64,000 bases of DNA. It comes from an uncultured cyanobacterium (GTDB lineage: Bacteria > Cyanobacteriota > Cyanobacteriia > Cyanobacteriales > Microcystaceae). Positions 31,192-43,656 of this stretch are shown one piece after another. Each line of letters begins with the position of its first letter. Within the stretch, counting starts at the first letter, position 1. A program made the position numbers and the translations under genes. The notes beneath the pieces are model-generated. The model searched no databases and was not told the origin of the DNA. It saw only the letters and a program-made list of their open reading frames with translations. Location: positions 64,001 through 128,000 of the forward strand of contig CAWEDJ010000067.1 in NCBI GenBank assembly GCA_963807635.1, read 5' to 3'.

Positions 31192-31545
31192 TCAAATCTC
31201 TGGGATAGGAGGTAAACATTCCTCTAATTGAGTGCGTAACGGAACCAAATTTGAAACAATAACTTCCCAGACAACTTGCTGTTGAATATCATCATAACGA
31301 TGAATTAAAATATTGCGTAAACCAATAATTCCACGCCAATTAATATCTGAATGAGTAGATCGAAAATCTGAAGAAATACGACCTGCGCCCTCCCCTAAAA
31401 TCTCAAGTTGTCGCTCTACTGCACTTTGAATTAAGGCACTATTTAAATAATCGTCAAAGGAAAGACTCGCAGTAAATTCCTGTATTTTGGCGATCGCCTG
31501 TAACATATCCCAAATAAAACCCGCATCACGATTATTCGGCAACAT
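31192..31545 (-). CDS. hepT: HepT-like HEPN RNase toxin (DUF86)
   Basis: AVERQLEILGE; RNILIHRYD (RX4H-Y). Confidence 0.9.
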   Translation of the reverse strand: MLPNNRDAGFIWDMLQAIAKIQEFTASLSFDDYLNSALIQSAVERQLEILGEGAGRISSDFRSTHSDINWRGIIGLRNILIHRYDDIQQQVVWEVIVSNLVPLRTQLEECLPPIPEI

Positions 31546-31861
31546 AAATCACCTGATAACTATTTAAAATTTCATAACGCCGATAGGGATTTTTAAGACC
31601 TTGTTTGTCTGCAATATCAACATCTCTACAGAAAAGACTTTTCAATTGTTCCCTCATTGTCACCCAATCCAATAAACTCCACTTTGCATCAGCATTAAAA
31701 GTGACAAGTACATCAATATCGCTATCATCACGGAAGTCAGACCGTAAGATTGAACCAAACAAAGCTAATTCATTAATTTTCCAATCCTGACAAAAAGCGG
31801 ATAGTTGTTCAGGAGAAATAAGAAGTCTTTTCTGAATAGCATAATCTAATTGAAATACCAT
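31532..31861 (-). CDS. mntA: MntA-like minimal nucleotidyltransferase antitoxin
   Basis: LFGSILRSDFRDDSDIDVLV (GSx10DxD); overlaps hepT. Confidence 0.9.
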   Translation of the reverse strand: MVFQLDYAIQKRLLISPEQLSAFCQDWKINELALFGSILRSDFRDDSDIDVLVTFNADAKWSLLDWVTMREQLKSLFCRDVDIADKQGLKNPYRRYEILNSYQVIYVAE

Positions 31862-31881
31862 TAGCGATCGCCCTCTCCAAA

Positions 31882-32454
31882 TTACCAAATCGGCACTAAA
31901 TCCAAAACAAAACTCGGTAATAGATCCTCTCCCGATAACATCATTGGATTACTCAAAACCTCCACCGCTCGACCCTGACGATAAATCTCAACTTGTCGAT
32001 CTTGACGATTGATTAACCAACCTAACTGATTCCCATTCTGTAAATATTCCTCCATCTTTTCTTGTAATGACTTCAAATCATCACTTTTCGAGCGTAATTC
32101 AATCACAAAATCAGGACAAAGCGGCAGAAAACCTTGTTGCTGTTTTAATGTTAAACTATTCCATTTTTCTAACGGAATCCAAGCCGCATCAGGAGATTTG
32201 TCCGAACCATTGGGTAACTTAAACCCCGTCGAAGAATCAAAAGCAATGCCAAGCTTATTACTCCGACTCCAAGCTTGTAATTGATAGGCAATTTCCGCAT
32301 TTCGGTTCCCTGTTTCTCCGCTCGTAGGTGGCATAATCACCAAATCTCCTCGGCAAGTTCTCTCAAAACGTAGGTCACGATTATTCTGACACAGTTGATA
32401 AAACTGCTCATCCGATAAAATTAAAGGATCAAGCTTAATCGTTAGAGGACTCAT
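31882..32454 (-). CDS. Uma2 (DUF820) family endonuclease
   Basis: FDSSTGFKLPNG..SPDAAW..PDFVIELRS..LGWLI. Confidence 0.92.
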   Translation of the reverse strand: MSPLTIKLDPLILSDEQFYQLCQNNRDLRFERTCRGDLVIMPPTSGETGNRNAEIAYQLQAWSRSNKLGIAFDSSTGFKLPNGSDKSPDAAWIPLEKWNSLTLKQQQGFLPLCPDFVIELRSKSDDLKSLQEKMEEYLQNGNQLGWLINRQDRQVEIYRQGRAVEVLSNPMMLSGEDLLPSFVLDLVPIW

Positions 32455-32497
32455 TCTATTTAAGAGGGAATTATTACTAACTCCCCTCATTATAAAC

Positions 32498-32800
32498 TTA
32501 GGAAGCAAATCGCGTATTCACATGATCCTGATATTTCTGATTAGTCAATTGAAAGCGATACTGGGCTTCTCGGTTTAACCAAAACTCTGACGTACTACCA
32601 ATAACCCTGGCTAAATTCAGAGCAATTTCTTTTGTAAGAATAGCTTCTCCATTTAGTAATTGATTAACAAATTGAGGGCTGTAACCTAAAGCTTCAGATA
32701 ATTGATCTAGATTCCAATCGCGCTCCTCTATCACATCTTGAATAGTATCTCCAGGAGGTGACACCCATTGAGGCGTAAAATAAATAGTCACTTCAGTCAT
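32498..32800 (-). CDS. higA: HigA-family HTH antitoxin
   Basis: SPPGDTI..ALNLARVIGSTSEFWLNREAQY. Confidence 0.88.
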   Translation of the reverse strand: MTEVTIYFTPQWVSPPGDTIQDVIEERDWNLDQLSEALGYSPQFVNQLLNGEAILTKEIALNLARVIGSTSEFWLNREAQYRFQLTNQKYQDHVNTRFAS

Positions 32801-33122
32801 GATAATCTCCAATAAAAACAATACAAATACGAGTCACGCTAGACCAATCAATGCTTTCATCTGGATTAAGCGGAACAGGATCATTTCCTGATTTAAAAAC
32901 CAATCGGTTGCCTCCCTCTAATTTAACCGAAAATTCTCCTAAACGATTGCCCTTAAGAGGATGAGGATCACCTGTTATTAATTCTCGTACTGTTCTAGCT
33001 GCCATCAAATCAGCTAAACGTGACTGAAGTTTTTTAGAACAGCTTTTTCCCAGTTTTCTTTGAGCTAAAGCAGGTTGCTCACAAAGATTTTGCAATTTCT
33101 GATTATCAAACGTAATTTCCAT
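32793..33122 (-). CDS. higB: HigB-like toxin
   Basis: HPLKGNRLGEFSVKL..RLVF..IGDYHD; toxin-first order. Confidence 0.88.
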   Translation of the reverse strand: MEITFDNQKLQNLCEQPALAQRKLGKSCSKKLQSRLADLMAARTVRELITGDPHPLKGNRLGEFSVKLEGGNRLVFKSGNDPVPLNPDESIDWSSVTRICIVFIGDYHD

Positions 33123-33204
33123 TAATATAATTACATTTTGAACAAATTTTCAATTAAACTGGGGGCAAACTTAGAACTTGTATAAATCTCCCCCAATTGT
33201 TAAC

Positions 33205-36176
33205 TTACTGATCTGCTCCTTCAATTGGTGCAAAACCTTGACGTTGAATATTTTCCGTCACATGACGCGGCTCTAGGAATTGCAACAAATAATCAGGGCC
33301 ACCTGCTTTGGAACCCACCCCCGATAACTTAAAGCCGCCAAATGGTTGACGAGAAACGATCGCGCCTGTAATGGTTCGATTAATGTAGAGATTACCTACC
33401 TCAAACTCACGGGCCGCCCGATCAATATGCTCAGGAGTACGGGAAAAAAGACCGCCTGTTAACGCATAATCTGTACTATTAGCAACGGCTAAAGCTTCAT
33501 CAAAATCAGTTACCTTAATGACCGCAACAACGGGGCCAAAAATCTCTTCTTGGGCAATAATGGCGTGGGGAGAAACATTTTTAAAAATGGTGGGACTGAC
33601 AAAATAACCATCCAAATTAATTTCACCTTCTAGGGCAATTTCTGACTCTAATTTACCCTTAGCAATATAGTCCTTAATGCGTTTTTGGGAAGTTGCATCA
33701 ATCACAGGGCGACCTGGGTGCTGGGGTCATCCGTTGGGCCGACATTCAGAGAACGAGTTGCTTCTACAAACCGTTCCACAAAAGCATCATACACAGGCTC
33801 AAGCACGATCACGCGGGAACAGGCTGAACACTTTTGCCCCGTATAACCAAAGGCAGAATAGACCGCACTGGCAACTGCTTGATCGAGATCGGCACTTTCA
33901 TCCACGATCATGGCATTTTTACCACCCATCTCTGCAATGACTCGTTTGAGATGTTTTTGTCCAGGTTGCAACACCGCCGCATCTGCATAGATCCGACAAC
34001 CCACTTCTCGCGATCCTGTGAAGGCGATGAGATGAACATCGGGATGATTGACCATGTGGGAACCGACCACCGAACCTTTGCCAGGAACGTATTGGAACAC
34101 TCCGTTAGGAATACCTGCTTCGATTAAGATTTCCGTGATTTTGGCCGCAATCACCGTTGACGTTTCCGCAGGTTTCAATAAAGTACAATTGCCCGTTACT
34201 AAGGCCGCGACGGTCATTCCTACCGCGATCGCAAAGGGAAAATTCCAAGGAGAAATCACCAGGGCTAAACCGCGTGGTTGATAAATATACCGATTAGTTT
34301 CCCCCGCAATATCGTAATTATGACCCTGATCCAACCGCTCCATTTCATCGGCATAGTAACGACAAAAATCGATCGCCTCCGAAACTTCCGCATCAGCTTG
34401 GGGAATAATTTTACCGACTTCCAAACAAATCCAAGCATTCAGTTCATGGCGACGAGTTTCCATGATTTCCGCCGCTTTACGGAGGATTCCTGCTCTTTCC
34501 CGTACAGGGGTTTTCTTCCAGGCAGGAAAGGCATTTTTTGCCGCTTCTAAGGCCAGATCCGCTTGATCTAGATTAATTAAGCCAATTTTGCCGATCAATT
34601 CCTGGGGACGGGAGGGATTAACCGAATCAATTAACACATCTGTTTCGACATATTCCCCATTAATCAGGGGTAAATAGGTTTTTCCGAGGGAATTTTTAAC
34701 TTCTGCTAACGCTTGCATTGCCTTATCTCGTAGGACGGCGTTGGAATAATCCGTGTCGGGAGAATTGGGATAGCCTTTGGTGGGCAAGCTATCGTGACCG
34801 AGGACTTTTGGAGGGGCAATGAGATCATCAATGGAAACGCCTTCTAAATTCTTCCGTAGAAAGGAACTATTGGCAGTATTTTCTAATAAACGACGAATTA
34901 GGTAGGACATCCCTGGTAAGAGTTTTCCATAGGGCGCATAGACCCGTACTCGATGACCCCGTTTAACCAGAGCTTTGGCGAGTTGATCCCCCATGCCATA
35001 CAGCACTTGCATCTCAAAACGACGTTTGGGAATTTGCAACGTTTCCGCGATCGCACAGGCTAGGGCTTGGGAACGCACATTATGACTCCCGATCGCTGCA
35101 TAGAGATATTCATGATTTTCTAATAATAAACGGGTCATGCGCTCATAATTGGCATCGGTTGCAGTTTTTTCGAGATAAACAGGGATCGGCCAGTGATTTT
35201 GTTGCGATTTAATAGTTTCCTGATCCCAATAGGCTCCTTTGACTAAACGAACGGTGACGGGATAGCCGCGATGTTTGCCCCATTCGATTAAATTCTTGAG
35301 ATCCTGCTCAGAATCTTTCAAATAGGCTTGTAAGGTAATCCCAATATCGGTACGGGGACGAAATTCTTCTTCTATCAGTAATTCTTTGAGAATATTTAAA
35401 ATCAAATCTTTGTAGGCATACTGTTCCATATCAAAGTGAACGGCAACCCCTAATTCCTTCGCCCGACGCAATAAAGACCGAATGCGATCGCAGACTTTGA
35501 GCTTACTGCCCTCTGGATCAAAGGAATCAAATTGGGAATAAAACGCCGTTAATTTAACCGAAACCTGAACTTTAGGAACTATTTCACCGTCTGCTTCATC
35601 AATTTGAGCAACCGTTGACCATTTTGCGGCTTCTTGGGACAATTGCTCCATTAAATCCAGATAACTCTGCCAATATCCCTCGGCTTCGGTTTCCGTAATC
35701 ACCGCTTCTCCCAACAGGTCAATGGTAAAACCCATTTTTTCTTTTCTGAGGCGTTCTACCGCTTTTGTGACCTGGGCGATCGTTTCCCCTGAAATATATT
35801 TAAATGCTAAGGTTTCCGTCGCTTTACTAATGGTTGCGGCAGCAATTTGGGCGGGGGGAGTATGGGGATCGGTAAAGTTCAAAATGCCTTTTAACGCGGT
35901 CGGCAATTCAACCGTTTCATCCCCCAAATACTGTTGTAGGTGGTTCGCAATTTCCGTATTACTCTTGAGCGCGGGTAAACAGTCAATAAAACGGAATAAC
36001 TGCATCCGCAAGCCAGGGCTTCCCATCGCCCAATCGAGCAATTTATCATCCAATCTAACGGAATCGCTGATTTTGTCCCAAAGCGATCGCTTCTCACGGG
36101 TTTGGGCTAATAAGTCTCTCGCAATTTCCTGGGTCTTTTGTTCGTAATCTTGTTGAGTATTGAGTTGGGCAACCAC
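33205..36176 (-). CDS. putA: Bifunctional proline dehydrogenase/P5C dehydrogenase, split by a 1-nt deletion near 33710
   Basis: VRLVKGAYWD; AEMGGKN; GQKCSACSR; EEIFGPV; restoring one G gives STQVGPVIDA. Confidence 0.93.
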
Positions 36177-36512
36177 TGTCTATGCGCTCCGATTAAGTCT
36201 TGATGTAGAGATATTCCCAAATAAAACATTATAACGCAGGAACGGGTTAATTAGTTGACAGGTAATCTTTTTGTAATTTTGGTATTAAGTTAATGCAATC
36301 TAGTTAGTTAGGGAATATGATGGTAAATTGCCGTTTTGCTCTAATTCGTAATTTTTATCAGAAAAGAATTTATTCAAAAAATTAAAAGAATAAGAGAGGA
36401 AGTAAAATACCGATAATGACTGGCGAGAGAACCTTTTGCGAACGAAAATAACTACGAATCCAGAAATAATCTTCTGCCGCATCAAGAATAAAATTTAAAT
36501 TATTCTGATCTA

Positions 36513-36639
36513 GGGCGTGTCATCAATTAGAAGCCAGAAGCTTTATCAGGCAAGGGATTCAGCCTCCATACTTTCTTGCAACAAAGGCTCACGAAATCCT
36601 TACGGAGAGCCAATTCCAGATTTAATTGATGACACCCCC
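36513..36639. mobile_element. 127-bp MITE with IS5-type ends
   Basis: GGGCGTGTCATCAATTA ... TAATTGATGACACCCCC flanked by TA; left end identical to the IS at 27174. Confidence 0.9.
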
Positions 36640-38897
36640 TAGTTCAATAATAGGAATAACGACATCTAGACTAAACAAAAGTGCATTTTCTAAATTCTTT
36701 TGGATAACTACTGCTGGAGTGTTATCTTGTTGTAAAGTTCTGTGTCGCCAGAATACAAAAATTTTGGAAAATAAAATTATTGAGATTAATAAAAAAAAGA
36801 AGGTTTGTAATCGAGAAACCCATCCCCAAATAAATACCACAGGTGCTGAAGAAAATAAAAATATTAATAAAATAATGATAATTAAAATCACTAATATCAA
36901 AAGTACACTCTCTACACACAATACAAAATACCCAAGTTTAGGTTGCCTAATTAGGACATTTATCATATTCGCGTCTTTTTCCTCTTTAAATATGACAGAA
37001 ATCAGCTTAAATACAGGTTTCAAGAATGAAAATGGATTAAATGGTAATGGATAAATAGATTCAAACTCCACCTTTTTAATAAGTTTTTGCTCGTGAATAA
37101 GATATAAATCTATTGACTTTACTTTTGGCTTTATTTCTGATACATCTTCTGGCTCTGTTTTTGGACGTTTAAGAGCAACAGACCAATTACCTCTTGGATA
37201 ATAATCTTGACAAAAACCAATTTTAGTATGTAGAGGGCATCGGCTGTCTAAAATTTCGATAAGATATTTAAATTCTTCAGAATTAAGTTTTATTTTTTTA
37301 TACTTGTCTTTACCATTATCAATAAATTTTAAATATAGAAAAAAATTCATATTTTTAATTTCAATTTTATCTCTTTGTTCAGGCTCAGATTTATCAAAAA
37401 TAATCTGAACGATATTATCAAGTTGTGTTCTAATTGATTTTAGATCACAAATTTTATCGTCTGAAATTTTTTGCTCAAGTTCCTCATCTCTTATTTCATT
37501 TTCTCGACACTCTAAAGATTTAAAAGCTATTTTTCCTTGCTTTTTATAGCTAACAAATAAAGCTAAAAAGAAATTTATGCCTAAAAAGATGATAATAAGA
37601 CGAAAAATTATTAAACGTTTAAATCCGTATCCATAAGTTATATCTTGAACAACATTACTTAATAAATTCCAAGACAAAGCAATTGCTTGAATTAAATCAG
37701 AAGACAAAGTATTGTTATCTTGATCTTGATCTTTATCTTTATTGTCTTTTTGATGAGGATAGATATTCTTAATAATATTAGATTTTGAATTATTTAAATT
37801 AGTTAAAGCTATATAATATTCTAACTTCTTTTGCCTATACATCATTTCTTGTTCAACATTAGAAATACCTAATACCTTAGAAACAGTTGCTAGTTTTTGA
37901 ATGGGTTGTAAAAGCTGAAGAAGTTTATCATTAGCATTTTCATTGTCTTCGGGGGTCTGAGCTTTATTGTTAAGAGTAATGGCTTCTCGATATAGACTAT
38001 CTATACAAATCGTTAAAAATTTATAAGCAATTTTATTGACCTGATTATAATTAAAACCATTAAGTCTGACTTTACAACCACTTTTTTCATCTAGAGATTT
38101 CCCAGCTTGAGGAGGCTCTTTTACTTTCTCCATGTTGATAGTGCCAATATTGGCATTTTCTAAATTAACGACAAACTGAGAAAGATAATTTTGAAAACTT
38201 GATGTTTCATTGGTATCCCATTCACTATTAAAAAGTTGAAAAATGCGATAATCTGAGATTTTTTCAGCAAGTTCAGGAGCAACATAAGAGACCAATGCTT
38301 TTGCTTTAATATTACTCATATTAATAACATCTATTTGTGAATATTGATCTGGCAATTTTGTTGCATAAAAAGTTTGATCGATAATAATAGCATCGTCTAC
38401 CTCGGCAGCCACTAAGCTGATACCTCTTTCAATCTTTTCAGTTTGTAGAGCCATCACATTCAGCACGAATTCATCGATACTTGAATTAATCATATCCCGT
38501 ACTTTTTTTGCGCTTACGCTGAGCGAAACGCTTTTAATATATACTGATACTTTGATTTTAGTGGCTTTTAAATCTACAACATAAATGGGTTCATTATTCT
38601 TTTTCTCTTCGTTTAGATTACACGAGAATTGAGTTTCTTGTAAATAGAGATCACTTCCAATTTGGGTTCTAGTTAAATCAAGTAATTTACATTTATCCGA
38701 TAGATTGTGATTATCAAATTTTGCTTTCGTGAACGATAATGTTCCTCCAACAATGGCATCATTAAAAATTACTTTACGTTTAAATTCAGAACCCTCAAAA
38801 TTCAAAGATTTTGCAAAATTCGAGTAAGATAAATCAACTAAATTGTTAAATGTAGAATCAGTTAGATTTACCTCTTTTTTTATATCGTGTGATCTTA

Positions 38898-39958
38898 CAG
38901 CAATTTCCGATCAAACGCACCACGAAAAAGCTATCTCAAAGGCTCAAAGTAGAGACCACAATGTTGGAACCAATCAAGAGCATTTTCATCAGTAATGGTA
39001 TTGATCGCATTAGTAATAGCTTCGTCAAGAGCCTCGATTGTTCGAGCTTTAGCAGAGCGAATAATTTCTTTTAATTTAGACCAACACAACTCAATTGGTG
39101 ATAAATCTGGCGAATAGGAAGGTAAAAATTTAACCTTGGCTCCAACAGATTCAATCAGATTTGTAGTGACGGTAGCGTAATGTACAGACAAATTATCCAT
39201 CACGACAATTGCCCCTGCCCATAACTGAGGTAATAATACTTGCTCAATAAAGACTAAAAAACTATCGGTATTTAGACTGCCAGGAAAGGTCATTGAGGCA
39301 ATCAAACCTTCATCACTCATCGCCCCAATTAAAGTGATGTTTTGTCCTTTATTTCCTGGACGCTCATCATAAACCCTTTCTCCTCCCAGACAACGCGCAT
39401 AGAGTCTTACCATCGCTAGATTAAGACCCGTCTCATCAATGAATATCAGGTTTCTTATATCTATCGTCTCTAGCCAACGTCTAAATTCATAACGCGATTC
39501 TTTAACCTTTTCTGTGCCTTGCTCACTTGCTACTAATGTTTTTTTTTTACGCCCTAATTCTAAACGTGTAAGAGTTCGACTTACCCCCGATATACTTACT
39601 TCTATTCCTTTCTCTTGTTGCAATTTTTCTTGGATTTCTCGTAAATATATATCATTTTGTTCTGCAACTATTTTTTTTAATAATTCTTCGTCTTCACCCT
39701 TTATCTTTGAACGGCGATCTCCCCCTTGGGGTTTGGGTGCTATTTCATTTGTTTGTCGATACCGACGTAAAAAATCGCGAACGAAAGATAAGCTAACCTT
39801 AAATCGTTTTGCTAAACCTCTTTGAGTATTTTCTTGGTTTTGCCATGCCGTTAGTATTCTTTGGCGTAAATCTAGCGAATATGCTGCCATATCTCATTAA
39901 TTTTTTTAAGTTTTTTTCATGTTACCATACTTGTAGCGGGTTTGAACGAAATTTGCTG
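38898..39958 (-). mobile_element. IS630-family insertion sequence (second type)
   Basis: Inverted ends CAGCAATTTCCGATCAAAC / GTTTGAACGAAATTTGCTG with TA on both flanks. Confidence 0.92.
38931..39890 (-). CDS. IS630-family transposase
   Basis: AYSLDLRQR; FIDETG; VMDNLSVH; YSPDLSPIELCW. Confidence 0.95.
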   Translation of the reverse strand: MAAYSLDLRQRILTAWQNQENTQRGLAKRFKVSLSFVRDFLRRYRQTNEIAPKPQGGDRRSKIKGEDEELLKKIVAEQNDIYLREIQEKLQQEKGIEVSISGVSRTLTRLELGRKKKTLVASEQGTEKVKESRYEFRRWLETIDIRNLIFIDETGLNLAMVRLYARCLGGERVYDERPGNKGQNITLIGAMSDEGLIASMTFPGSLNTDSFLVFIEQVLLPQLWAGAIVVMDNLSVHYATVTTNLIESVGAKVKFLPSYSPDLSPIELCWSKLKEIIRSAKARTIEALDEAITNAINTITDENALDWFQHCGLYFEPLR

Positions 39959-40636
39959 TAAATTAATTTCACTATCAAAATTTGCTCCTTTAATAGTGAT
40001 TATTATAGGGAGCTTTTCGCTATAATTCTTGTTCGTTAAAATTTCCATCAAAAACTTAGCACTGATTTTCTTATCATTGTTATAATTCTTATTTGCCAAA
40101 ATTGTTGTCGAAAACTTGGAATTAATTTTCTTGCTATCATTTTTTTTTAATTGTTCTTGTAAACTTTTAATATATTCATTTAAATCAGCTTCTTTTTGTT
40201 CACACAAGTTTTTCCAAACCCATTTTTCCGCTTCACTCCATTTATTATCCTTGGGAGCGGCATCGCGACATTCATTTTTATCAATACTAGCCTGAGAAGG
40301 TAAAGTAAAAACAATACTTGGTACAGAAAAGACACCCAAAAGAACCAATAGTCCGAAAAAAAGCTTATTTTTCATTGTGTTTGAGACAATAACGTAATCT
40401 ACACCCTAATATGGATCGAAAAATTTTATTATTTCAGTTAACAAAAATTTACAAATCACAGATTTTTACTGTGGTATCCCACTTTCAGCAGGTTCTGTGC
40501 AACTTTTAAATAATTTTTAAATCGTTACAGAGCAAGGATCTTCAGAATTTCTATTTGTGTCATGAATTTAAACAAAAATGCGATCGCTAATCCAGACAAA
40601 CGTTACTAGTTAAAAAAATCTTTAGTGAAATAGATT

Positions 40637-41224
40637 TTACTCGGCTTCTTCAAACAATAATTCTTCGAGAATCATTTGCATTTTTTCGTCTTCAGGAGAA
40701 ACTAATTCAACCTTGCCGTTATCATTCGCTTTCGCCAAAAAGAGCAAGGGAGCGAGGGGCGTATAAATCGAATAGCGTTGTTCTTTATGATAAAAGCTCA
40801 CTAGGAACTGTAACTCTTCAGGCTCTAGGGGTTGATCTTCATCTTCACCCTCTAGCTCTAAGGTGAGAATATCATCATCTTCAATGGGAGGTAATTCACC
40901 GCTAACGGTCAGACTATAGGCCGTGTATTTAAGGGAAAGATCCAGTTCGGCTAAAACCGCTTTAGCATCGGGGAAAATCTGCTCTATTTCTTCTTCGTCT
41001 TCTAATAAAATTGCATCAGAAAATTCTTCGTCATCTTCTGAATCCTCATCCCAAGCGATAATAACAATGGGTAGATCTACTGGCATTAACAAGAGGTAAT
41101 TGAGATTGTCAACTTCAATGGAATTTTCCACATAGCATTCTAACGCCCGTCCCCTTTCATCGATAAGGGTTACGCTATCAGCTTCTTCTGGCTCGTTTTC
41201 TGGGCTAAATAGGTAGGAAGACAT
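40637..41224 (-). CDS. DUF3727-like acidic protein
   Basis: TLIDERGRALECYVE..YSIYTPLAPLLF. Confidence 0.8.
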   Translation of the reverse strand: MSSYLFSPENEPEEADSVTLIDERGRALECYVENSIEVDNLNYLLLMPVDLPIVIIAWDEDSEDDEEFSDAILLEDEEEIEQIFPDAKAVLAELDLSLKYTAYSLTVSGELPPIEDDDILTLELEGEDEDQPLEPEELQFLVSFYHKEQRYSIYTPLAPLLFLAKANDNGKVELVSPEDEKMQMILEELLFEEAE

Positions 41225-41288
41225 AGGACTTGGAGATACTGTGAAACTTAGAATATCACATTTGATGATCCTCTCCTGTCTTTTTTCG

Positions 41289-42110
41289 TTAGATTTTATG
41301 ATTGAGCCAGGGAGCCTTTTCTAACGAGTTAAAGCCTTCTACATCGGTCAGATTGTATTGTAAAGGGGTCAAAGTAATATAATTTGACTGAATTGCCTGA
41401 ACATCGGTGGGAATATTCGGATCGAGATGACTGTGATGGGGTTGCTCGATTTCTTTAGAGATTTCTCCTGCTAACCAGTAATAGCTTTTCCCCCTCGGAT
41501 CAATACGTTTTTCAAACATTTCGATATAACGCCGCAATCCTTGACGAGTTAACATGACTCCCGCGATCGCGTCTTGGGGAACGGCAGGAACATTGACACT
41601 GAGTAACGTTGCTTGGGGTAAGGGATTGGAGTATAAATGAGTAAGCAAAGTCTGGGCAAAATCGGCGGCGGGTTGGAAATTTTTGTAACTAAAACTGGCT
41701 AAACTCAGGGCAATACTGGGAATTCCTTCGATTAAGCCCTCCATTGCCGCAGAAACCGTTCCTGAATAGAGAATATCGGTTCCCAAATTTGCGCCATGAT
41801 TAATGCCTGAGAGAACGAAATCAGGACGTTCAGATAAAACCGCAGAGAGGGCAAATTTCACGCAATCAGCAGGGGTTCCCGAACAAGACCAGGCGACAAC
41901 CTGGGGATGGAAAACGTCTTCCACGATGTCGGCTCGGATCGGGCGATGGAGGGTTAAACCGTGACCTGTGGCGGACATTTCGCGATCGGGACAAACAACG
42001 GTCACTTGATGCCCTGCTTCGGCGAGGGTATTGGCTAGCGTTCTTACACCAAGGGCAAAAATGCCGTCATCGTTACTGACAAGGAGTTTTAGGGGCGGAA
42101 TTTGGGTCAT
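41289..42110 (-). CDS. surE: 5'/3'-nucleotidase SurE
   Basis: [32 protein letters not shown]. Confidence 0.96.
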   Translation of the reverse strand: MTQIPPLKLLVSNDDGIFALGVRTLANTLAEAGHQVTVVCPDREMSATGHGLTLHRPIRADIVEDVFHPQVVAWSCSGTPADCVKFALSAVLSERPDFVLSGINHGANLGTDILYSGTVSAAMEGLIEGIPSIALSLASFSYKNFQPAADFAQTLLTHLYSNPLPQATLLSVNVPAVPQDAIAGVMLTRQGLRRYIEMFEKRIDPRGKSYYWLAGEISKEIEQPHHSHLDPNIPTDVQAIQSNYITLTPLQYNLTDVEGFNSLEKAPWLNHKI

Positions 42111-42198
42111 AACTATTTTGCTGAATTGCGGGAGTTCGATACACTAAGAATCAGTAACGGGTCTATATTTATTTTACTTGCTAAAAATTGCCAATTTT

Positions 42199-43194
42199 AT
42201 GACTACTCAGTTAGAAACGGACTTACAATCGCTACAACAAGAAGCCCTGAGCGCGATCGCGGTGACGACGGAGTTAGATGCCTTGGAGCAATTAAGAATT
42301 AATTATTTGGGTAAAAAAGGGCAATTATCCCTCATTCTACGGGCAATGGGTAAATTAAGTGCGGAAGAAAGACCCCGTATCGGTGCGATCGCCAATGAAG
42401 TCAAAGATGCTGTCCAAAATCAATTAGACCAACAGCGACAAGCTTTACAAAACGCCGAAATTCAAGCTAAATTAGCCGCCGAAACCCTCGATGTCACCAT
42501 GCCAGGCGTTTATCGTCCCCTGGGCCGTATTCATCCCCTCAATAGCACCGTCGATAAGGTTTTAGAGATTTTTGTCGGTTTGGGTTATACCGTCGCCACT
42601 GGCCCGCAAGTGGAAACCGATTATTACAATTTTGAAGCTCTCAATATTCCCGCCGATCATCCCGCCCGCGATATGCAGGATACGTTTTTTCTCAGTGATG
42701 GTCGTCTGCTCCGAACCCATACTTCCCCTGTGCAAATCCGTTATATGGAGAACCACGAACCTCCCATTCGTATTGTTGCCCCTGGTCGAGTTTATCGTCG
42801 GGATACGGTGGATGCGACCCATTCTGCGGTTTTTCATCAAGTCGAGCTGTTGGCGATCGACAAGGGTTTAACGTTTACCGATCTCAAGGGAACGATTAAG
42901 GAATTTGTGAAACAGATGTTTGGGGAAGATTTGCCTGTCCGTTTTCGGGCCAGTTATTTTCCCTTTACTGAACCTTCTGCTGAGGTGGATGTGCAATGGA
43001 AGGGTAAATGGTTAAAGGTGATGGGTTGCGGTATGGTTGACCCAAATGTGATGAAATCGGTGGGTTATGATCCTGAAGTTTATACAGGTTTTGCGGCAGG
43101 TTTTGGGGTTGAACGCTTTGCGATGGTGTTACATCAAATTGATGATATTCGTCGGCTTTATACAAGTGATTTACGGTTTTTACGACAGTTTTAA
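42199..43194 (+). CDS. pheS: Phenylalanine--tRNA ligase alpha subunit
   Basis: [36 protein letters not shown]. Confidence 0.97.
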   Translation: MTTQLETDLQSLQQEALSAIAVTTELDALEQLRINYLGKKGQLSLILRAMGKLSAEERPRIGAIANEVKDAVQNQLDQQRQALQNAEIQAKLAAETLDVTMPGVYRPLGRIHPLNSTVDKVLEIFVGLGYTVATGPQVETDYYNFEALNIPADHPARDMQDTFFLSDGRLLRTHTSPVQIRYMENHEPPIRIVAPGRVYRRDTVDATHSAVFHQVELLAIDKGLTFTDLKGTIKEFVKQMFGEDLPVRFRASYFPFTEPSAEVDVQWKGKWLKVMGCGMVDPNVMKSVGYDPEVYTGFAAGFGVERFAMVLHQIDDIRRLYTSDLRFLRQF

Positions 43195-43203
43195 AGGGAC
43201 ATT

Positions 43204-43656
43204 TCAAGACTGCCAAAAATTCTGATTTAAGAGTGTCAATCGTTCTGTTGAAAAAGGAATTGTGCTGGGAAATTCTGTATCGGGATAATCTCCTTGGACT
43301 TTTTTGAGAGCTAACCGCCAGGCTTGATTACAGGATTCTTGCCATTGACTTTTTAAGCTGGGAGAGACTTCTAGGACTAATTCCAATTGAATGCGTTGTT
43401 CTCGAATGGTGCGTTCCCAACCGTTATATTCTAGAGGCATGGGGACATAGAGACGCTTGAGTAAATGTTCAAAGAGAACCAGAAGACGGCTTTTGAGTTC
43501 TTTTTTTTCTGAGCGTCCCAAGGTTTCGATTTCCTCAATTAGGTTATCTAGATCTAGGTCATCAAAGTTTTTGGCTTTGAGATGGCGGATGGTTTCTTCT
43601 GTCCAGAGCAGAAGGTCTTGTTCGTAGAGTGAGATGGGAGAAGCGGTGACAGTCAT
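43204..43656 (-). CDS. DUF29-family protein
   Basis: LYEQDLLLW..DLDNLIEEIETLGRSE..HLLK. Confidence 0.9.
   Translation of the reverse strand: MTVTASPISLYEQDLLLWTEETIRHLKAKNFDDLDLDNLIEEIETLGRSEKKELKSRLLVLFEHLLKRLYVPMPLEYNGWERTIREQRIQLELVLEVSPSLKSQWQESCNQAWRLALKKVQGDYPDTEFPSTIPFSTERLTLLNQNFWQS

Larger units (their letters stand above)
36382..40375 (-). pseudogene. ~933-aa exported/membrane protein with pentapeptide-like repeats, interrupted by IS630 and a MITE
   Basis: Removing both elements plus one TA each gives 2802 bp in frame (..EINLRSHDIKKEVNL.. and ..IPIIELDQNNL..LLPLLFF*). Confidence 0.82.
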
